Positions 22,080-27,978 of a stretch of DNA of 27,978 bases are shown here, piece by piece (positions within the stretch are counted from its first letter, which is position 1; the number at the start of each line of letters is the position of its first letter). Position numbers and translations under genes: made by a program. The stretch spans positions 1 through 27,978 of the IMG/VR virus record IMGVR_UViG_3300005611_000160. One strand, given 5' to 3'. Source of the stretch: a virus. Taxonomy: Duplodnaviria > Caudoviricetes. The notes below the pieces were generated by a model. The model did no database searches and was not told the origin of the DNA. It saw only the letters and a program-made list of their open reading frames with translations.

Positions 22080-25000
22080 ATGGCAAAGCTAAAACGCGAA
22101 ACTCGTACTGAAACTGTCAAGCCAATTGGCATCGTACAGATGTCGGGTATGCGTGATGCGGCCAAAGGCTTGATGGAAACATCAAAGACTGCTCAAGAGT
22201 TTCAGCAATTCTTTACTTCGTATGGCGCAGAACAACTAAAGAAAAAGGCGCAAGAAGATGCCTCTTCTTTGCCCAGCCAAAAACAACGCCGTGTATTGCT
22301 TGATGACAAGAATGAGTACATTCCAGATTCTGATGGCAATCCAGTACAAGCAGAATTTTACACGCCAATTGAAGAGCGTGATGTTGGTCCTTTTGGTTCT
22401 GCGTATAACGAGTCGTGGAACAAAGCTATTGCCCAAAGAAACTTAAATGCTGCCCGTGAAACTGCTACTCGTGCATTAAGTAATTTTGAAGCAGAGCGTT
22501 TGCAGGATTTAGACTATAAGCGTTTTGAGGCACAGTCAGAAGCCTACATTCGCCAAACTGTTAAAGATTTGCCGGGTCCGCTGCGTGGTCTTGTAGAAGA
22601 AGATTTGCGCACTAGGCAGAATGGCATATTCATTAACCTGCAACAGCAGAATCGTGATCGTACCTTTAGACAAAACGATGCTTTGCGCCAAACCCTTATT
22701 ACTCAGGGCATGGATCGGCTTGTTAACAAATTATCTCAGTTTGGACCAACAGATCCGGGTGCGCTAAATTTAGCAGGCAAGCTGGTTGATTTGCAGAATC
22801 AGCGATTAAGCCTTAATCAAATTAACCAAGAGCAGTTTAATCTTGAAGTTGCTGCAATTGCAAACAAGTTTGCAGATGGTGCTGTAATTAATCAGATCCA
22901 GTCTGGATTTCGTAGCGGTGACATTGAGCAAAGCATTGCATCAGCACAAGCTGTATCTGGTCAAATTATTACTGGCGACTTTCAGGTTGATGTTGCTGAA
23001 TATGATTCAGCTACTAAATCATTTGTACCTGTACGCAAATCAATTGCAGAAATTATTCCTAATGTTGGCGAACGCCAAACATTGGCTGCTCAGGCATACG
23101 AGATTGCTTACAGCAAATACATTGCAATCAAAAATACCAATGCTGCTGCTGTCACAGCATTAACAAATGAGTTAACCATGTTGGAAAACACGGCAACTCA
23201 AGCGTCTATTTCTGGTGATTATGATTCTTTAATTGATGCTAGAAATCGTGCGCGTGAAGTACAGGCAAAAGCTGAAACGCTTGATCCTCAGGTTCGTCAA
23301 TCATTTATTCAGGATGCCCTAAGAAGCTATCAGAATATTCAAAGTCGTGTAACGATAACCAATGAAGAACAGGAATTGCTGCTTGCTGCTACTCGTGCAG
23401 AGCAGATTCTTGGGTCAGAAGTCATTGCGCAAATTGCAGACTTTAGACTTGACGACATGAAAAGCCGCGAAGAATACATTGCGTATGGTTCGCTGGAAGA
23501 TCGCGTAGCTTTTTTGAAAGGTCAGGCAAAGATTCTTGAAGATGCTTATACCGCATTAACAAAAGAAAAGCCTGGTCAGGCTGATTTTTTTGAACTTGTG
23601 CGCACTAAAACTGGAACAACTGACCCGGCAAAAAACACCAGAGAATACGCTCAGAGTTTTTTTGATCAACAGTTTCCAGACAACAATTGGTCTGAGCAAG
23701 ATTTTACTTTGTCAATTCAAAGAGCAACGCCGTACTTTGAAAAAGGCATTGTCTTGCCGGGTTTGGTAACAGAACTAAAAGATGCAATTGTTGGGGTAGA
23801 GCAGAGTCCAGAACGCTTGCAGCGTGCCATGAAAGTTTTTCAGGCAATGGATATTCACAAGAATTATTTAACCAACGATACTCTGAAAAAACAAATGGGT
23901 GACGAGGCTTATCGCACCTACAAATATATTCGTAACAAGATTGATGTTGCAGGGACATTTCCAACCGATGCTTCATTTTTACAGGATATTAAATCTGTAT
24001 TTAATGGCGAAAAGGTTATGTCTTACAAAGACCTTGATCGTGAAACTCAGCAAGGCATTGTAGAAGGCTTGAATGCAGAATTAGATCGTTCTTTCTTTCA
24101 GGGTCAAGTATTCTTAAGTCAAGGCGATATTTCATATTTTGAAGATTTGCCGCAACTTCCTCCCCGTATGCGCGATCAGCACATGACAATTGCGTTAGAA
24201 GCATACGAACAAATTGGTGGCGATGCTAAGTCTGCTGGAAAGAACGCATCTCAAACTGCATTTGAACGGTTAACGCAAAAGCAGTGGGCGTATGACGATG
24301 TAACAATGGTTGGCGCATACAAAGAATGGGTTGAGTTTCCTGCTCAAAAACAATACTCAGAATTGTCGTTGCCCAGCATTAAAGCAATTGTGCGGGACAA
24401 GCTTATATCTTCTCGTGCTGATGCAAACAAATTCCATTTTCTTGAAAGAGGATATGGTGCAGGCACAACTCCCGGTGAAATTAAAACCGAAGTTAAATTG
24501 CAAGTAAGCCGACTAGATAACAACAATAAACCAATTTATAAATTGGTATCACGCAATCGTGATCTTGATCCAGAAATGCCAGACTCAGATGTTCCTATTG
24601 ATATGTTTGATGACAATGGCAACTTGATCGAGGTTGATTTTCGTGAAACGAATTATCAGTTAAAGCGAGTCAAGAGCAGCATTATTGCGGTTGACAGGGA
24701 AATTGAGCGTCTTAACAACAAGTCTAAAATTCGTGCATTTGGTGATGCAGAAGAAGTTGATCGTACTGCTGAGGATCTTTCAGCGTTGCGATATATTCGC
24801 AATGCTATGACTTACTACCCAGAGAATGTTTTGGGCTTGTATGAAAAAGGCATTGACTTACAGCCAATTGATATTAAGTTCCATGATACGGCTCCGCTTG
24901 GTCAGAATATGCGAATTATGCGTATTGGTGCTGAGCGATATCTTGAAGAAACTGGATGCCCTCCGGGATTTGTTAACAATGGCACTGGATGCGTGCTTGA

Positions 25001-25127
25001 AAGAAAACCAACAATACGCCTAGAAGATTTGCCGGATCTTGATCCAATAACCTTCGCGCCGCGAAAAGGTGCTAATGTTGTAGCAGAACCAGATATGATT
25101 ATTGAGGCTCCAAATGGCGGACAATAA
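22080..25127 (+). CDS. Large internal virion / ejection protein (gp15-like by position)
   Basis: 1015 aa, mostly helical composition, follows the gp14-like gene. Confidence 0.65.
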   Translation: MAKLKRETRTETVKPIGIVQMSGMRDAAKGLMETSKTAQEFQQFFTSYGAEQLKKKAQEDASSLPSQKQRRVLLDDKNEYIPDSDGNPVQAEFYTPIEERDVGPFGSAYNESWNKAIAQRNLNAARETATRALSNFEAERLQDLDYKRFEAQSEAYIRQTVKDLPGPLRGLVEEDLRTRQNGIFINLQQQNRDRTFRQNDALRQTLITQGMDRLVNKLSQFGPTDPGALNLAGKLVDLQNQRLSLNQINQEQFNLEVAAIANKFADGAVINQIQSGFRSGDIEQSIASAQAVSGQIITGDFQVDVAEYDSATKSFVPVRKSIAEIIPNVGERQTLAAQAYEIAYSKYIAIKNTNAAAVTALTNELTMLENTATQASISGDYDSLIDARNRAREVQAKAETLDPQVRQSFIQDALRSYQNIQSRVTITNEEQELLLAATRAEQILGSEVIAQIADFRLDDMKSREEYIAYGSLEDRVAFLKGQAKILEDAYTALTKEKPGQADFFELVRTKTGTTDPAKNTREYAQSFFDQQFPDNNWSEQDFTLSIQRATPYFEKGIVLPGLVTELKDAIVGVEQSPERLQRAMKVFQAMDIHKNYLTNDTLKKQMGDEAYRTYKYIRNKIDVAGTFPTDASFLQDIKSVFNGEKVMSYKDLDRETQQGIVEGLNAELDRSFFQGQVFLSQGDISYFEDLPQLPPRMRDQHMTIALEAYEQIGGDAKSAGKNASQTAFERLTQKQWAYDDVTMVGAYKEWVEFPAQKQYSELSLPSIKAIVRDKLISSRADANKFHFLERGYGAGTTPGEIKTEVKLQVSRLDNNNKPIYKLVSRNRDLDPEMPDSDVPIDMFDDNGNLIEVDFRETNYQLKRVKSSIIAVDREIERLNNKSKIRAFGDAEEVDRTAEDLSALRYIRNAMTYYPENVLGLYEKGIDLQPIDIKFHDTAPLGQNMRIMRIGAERYLEETGCPPGFVNNGTGCVLERKPTIRLEDLPDLDPITFAPRKGANVVAEPDMIIEAPNGGQ

Positions 25128-27978
25128 AGACCCAATGCAGACCATTCCGGGATTTTATGCTCCCGGTGATGAGCGCCGTATTGGTGGTGTTTCTGGTCAA
25201 TGGAGCGCGATGGATAATCTTACGCGCTCTTTTTACTTGGACACTTGGGTTGGCCAGTCTGCTATGGCTGCCGCTTCTTACGCTCAAGCCATTAACGAAA
25301 AAGGCAAGTTTGTAGATGACAAAAACTACAATTCGCTTGCTGACCCTGAAAATAAAGGATATGAGCCATATGTAATAGACGCTCATTCCAGCGCAGAATC
25401 CTACTACCTGCGTACATTAGCTCGCCGAAATAACAATTTGCGCCGCGAACTAGAAGTTGGTGGTGCTGGCCCTACTCGGTTTTTATCTCAATTTGTTGAC
25501 CCGGTAACTTACCTCCCAATTCCGTTAGCAAAAGGAATCGGCTTTGTTCGTGGTGTGCAAAAAAGTTTTAGCCCAGTCGCTGCCAGCATTACGGCATCCG
25601 AAGGTTTGCGTCATTCTATTGACCCGACATCAACCACAGAAGAAACGATGGTCGGTATTACTTTTGGAACCATGTTTGGCACGGCTTTAGGCGGAGTGGC
25701 AGGCTCAATGGGCCGCACAACAAAGTACATGGGGTATGAGCCAAAAACTGTAATTGATCGCATGGGAGAGCGTTATAGGAACCTTCTTGAGCATTCTGAT
25801 GGCCCTGTTGGGCAGCCAAAAACTTTTGAAGAAGCGTCTAACGAACTAAACAATACCGCAGCAAGCCAAGGCTTTCGATTTGTTAATGATCCAGAGGCTC
25901 CCGGAAACACTGTTGTTAACAGGGAAACCGGTGAGATTCGTGTTAATGAAGAGCGAATCCGTGCCGAGTACAGATCCGGCAAGTTGCTGCAAGGAGTGAT
26001 GGCTCGTTTAGGTGAGCGCGTAGGAACTACATTCAGCAATCTTGATATGGATAAGCTGAAAAAATGGTTTGATGAAAATGGCGGCGAAGATCGGTATGTC
26101 CAATTTATGTTGGAGCGTGAACTTGGTCGCCAAAAAGTTTTTGCCAAAGATCCAAATGCACCTGCATTAGATCCGGTTGGTCAGTCAATTCTAGAGCGGT
26201 CAATCTTTGAAAACGCCCTGCGTAAATCAGGAGCGCGTGTTACTGATGTGCTAGAGGTTGGGATTCCCAAAGAAATCCTAGAGCGTCAGCGCATGGCAGA
26301 AGAACGCCTAAAAGTAACCGAAGATGAGATTGCTCGAATCAAGGGCGAGAAATCAGACAAACAAACTAAAGCAGCGGAATTGCGCCGGAAAGCAGAAGAA
26401 GCACCTGAGTTTCGTGCAGACGGTCGCAAGAACAATGCTCGTACTAAGTGGCTAAATCAGGCAGACCAGTTAGACAAAGAAGCTGCAAAGCTGGATGAGT
26501 CTATTGCTACCGCCGAAGAAAAACGCATTGGTCAACGAAATGATTTAGACAGCGTTAACACCAAGATTGATGATCTTAGTCAGATTGACGACATTGAGTT
26601 AATGACGCTTGCTTCAACTGGCATTGGCTTGGAAAAACTTAAGTGGGATCAGCTTCCTTGGTATGCCTTAAACAACACTAAGTTCCGTGAGCTGTCACCA
26701 AGACTGGCAAAAGAATTTATCCAGATGGCTTGGCAATTAGGTGGATCACCGGGCTTGCGCACTGTTGGTGCTAAGTATGGCATTGCTATGGATGTGTCTG
26801 TAGAAATGAAAGCAAAAAAGTGGATGGGCCGCCTTCGTAGCAATGTTGACAATACTCGCAAAATTTACATGCGGTATCTGAAGGATATAGATGCAACTAG
26901 AGGACAGGGTTATTTAGAAGTATTTAAACAGAATATGCCGCTTGTAGGTAAAAAACCTCAGGATGGCAAAGCATCGTGGGATGAGTTTAAACAAAGCGTT
27001 TCTAAGGCTATGTTTAACAATGACGCGCCTACCGACAATCCATTTGTTGATGAGGCGGTTCGTGGCTGGCGCGCGCTATTTGATGAATTTGAAAAAGTTG
27101 GCAAAGAATTAAATGTATTTCAGTCTGTCCGCGTAGCACAGCGTAATGTCGATAAGGCTTCTGCTCGTGTTGATACGCTAATGAAGGGGCAAGCCAAACC
27201 TAAAGAATTAGAAATTGCATTAAGAAATCTTGATGAAGCTGAACAAGCCCTTGACATGGCAAAGGCCATTGACTCAGGGGACCGCAAGCGTTACTTCCAT
27301 GTAATGTGGCGAGCAGACTTGGTTGCCAAAAATCGTGAGTTGTTGCGTCAGAAATTGACTGCGCATTTTATGCAGCAATCTGGTCGTTACATTAATGGCA
27401 AGTATGTTCCATTTGATAATAGCCCGGTTGCTATTGCTGCTCGTGTTGATGAAGCTATTGTTAACATTGAAAAGGCTGCAACCTTTAACGATGGCATTGG
27501 CCTTATCAACAAAGGCGACAAGGTAGCTATTGCCAAGAATCGCATTGAGCAATACCGCGATGAAATTAAAGTTCGCGGCGACCAAGAATTTGCGGATGGA
27601 TTAACTATTCGCGAGGTTCGTGAAAAACAAATTGAGTTAATTGAGCGCGACCTTGAAACTGGCAATGTAGCTGGCCTTGGTGGACCTTCTCCTGTTATAT
27701 CAAGAAAACTTGATATTAACCACAGTGAATACACTGATTTCATGGAACTGGATATTGAAACTGTTGCTCATCACTACACGATGCGCATGGGTCCAGTCGT
27801 AGAAATGGCCCGCAAATTTGGTGACTACAGAATTGACAACAAGTTGTCCATGCTGCGTCAGATGATTGACGAGGAAATTGCTGCGAATCCCGGCAAGGCA
27901 GACGCAATCCGGGCAGAAGGCGAGCGAATGATTAAGGCTGCCGAAACTTTGCGTGACAAGGTTTTGGGTTTGTATGGC
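25114..27978 (+). CDS. Large internal virion / ejection protein (gp16-like), truncated by window end
   Basis: ATG 25114 with GAGG RBS (MADNKDPMQTIPG...); same frame is open at the last base (955 codons); DPVTYLP.P and Gly-rich hydrophobic segments are typical of ejection proteins; absent from ORF track, presumably because no stop is reached. Confidence 0.75.
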   Translation, partial: MADNKDPMQTIPGFYAPGDERRIGGVSGQWSAMDNLTRSFYLDTWVGQSAMAAASYAQAINEKGKFVDDKNYNSLADPENKGYEPYVIDAHSSAESYYLRTLARRNNNLRRELEVGGAGPTRFLSQFVDPVTYLPIPLAKGIGFVRGVQKSFSPVAASITASEGLRHSIDPTSTTEETMVGITFGTMFGTALGGVAGSMGRTTKYMGYEPKTVIDRMGERYRNLLEHSDGPVGQPKTFEEASNELNNTAASQGFRFVNDPEAPGNTVVNRETGEIRVNEERIRAEYRSGKLLQGVMARLGERVGTTFSNLDMDKLKKWFDENGGEDRYVQFMLERELGRQKVFAKDPNAPALDPVGQSILERSIFENALRKSGARVTDVLEVGIPKEILERQRMAEERLKVTEDEIARIKGEKSDKQTKAAELRRKAEEAPEFRADGRKNNARTKWLNQADQLDKEAAKLDESIATAEEKRIGQRNDLDSVNTKIDDLSQIDDIELMTLASTGIGLEKLKWDQLPWYALNNTKFRELSPRLAKEFIQMAWQLGGSPGLRTVGAKYGIAMDVSVEMKAKKWMGRLRSNVDNTRKIYMRYLKDIDATRGQGYLEVFKQNMPLVGKKPQDGKASWDEFKQSVSKAMFNNDAPTDNPFVDEAVRGWRALFDEFEKVGKELNVFQSVRVAQRNVDKASARVDTLMKGQAKPKELEIALRNLDEAEQALDMAKAIDSGDRKRYFHVMWRADLVAKNRELLRQKLTAHFMQQSGRYINGKYVPFDNSPVAIAARVDEAIVNIEKAATFNDGIGLINKGDKVAIAKNRIEQYRDEIKVRGDQEFADGLTIREVREKQIELIERDLETGNVAGLGGPSPVISRKLDINHSEYTDFMELDIETVAHHYTMRMGPVVEMARKFGDYRIDNKLSMLRQMIDEEIAANPGKADAIRAEGERMIKAAETLRDKVLGLYG

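Noticed and set aside
11397-27743. Numerous minus-strand and alternate-frame ORFs across the structural module
   Set aside because: They lie within well-supported + strand genes and show no motifs
1-27978. Diversity-generating retroelement or integrase expected from BPP-1-like architecture
   Set aside because: No reverse transcriptase, TR/VR pair or recombinase motif seen; they could lie outside the window

Overview
The window is a 28-kb slice of a tailed dsDNA phage or prophage with podovirus-type architecture (BPP-1/HTVC010P-like gene order), probably infecting a proteobacterium. It has five parts. (i) 1-3600 is an accessory region: a calcineurin-like metallophosphoesterase, a dense run of palindromes and direct repeats, and a self-contained minus-strand moron. 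The moron encodes a small secreted peptide with a duplicated TFNEENGYWG motif and abuts a 5'-truncated conserved phage gene. (ii) 3350-6150 is a leftward recombination module (YqaJ exonuclease, Rad52/Sak-like annealase, SSB). (iii) 6150-7815 holds overlapping divergent sigma70 promoters driving AlpA- and XRE-type HTH genes, DUF1064, a stand-alone initiator C-terminal domain and a lambda-P-like loader. (iv) 7810-10450 is a leftward early operon with ArdC and several small acidic or membrane proteins. It is headed by an approximately 630-nt imperfect inverted repeat whose + strand could fold into an Frpo-like hairpin promoter, the most striking feature here. (v) 10860-end is packaging and morphogenesis: TerS, lytic transglycosylase, TerL, a permuted papain-like protein plus two paralogs sharing a leader motif, portal, scaffold, major capsid, tail adaptor and nozzle, and three ejection proteins, the last cut by the window edge. 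No integrase, DNA polymerase, tail fibre, tRNA or CRISPR array was seen. All family calls come from motif recognition and synteny, not database searches.
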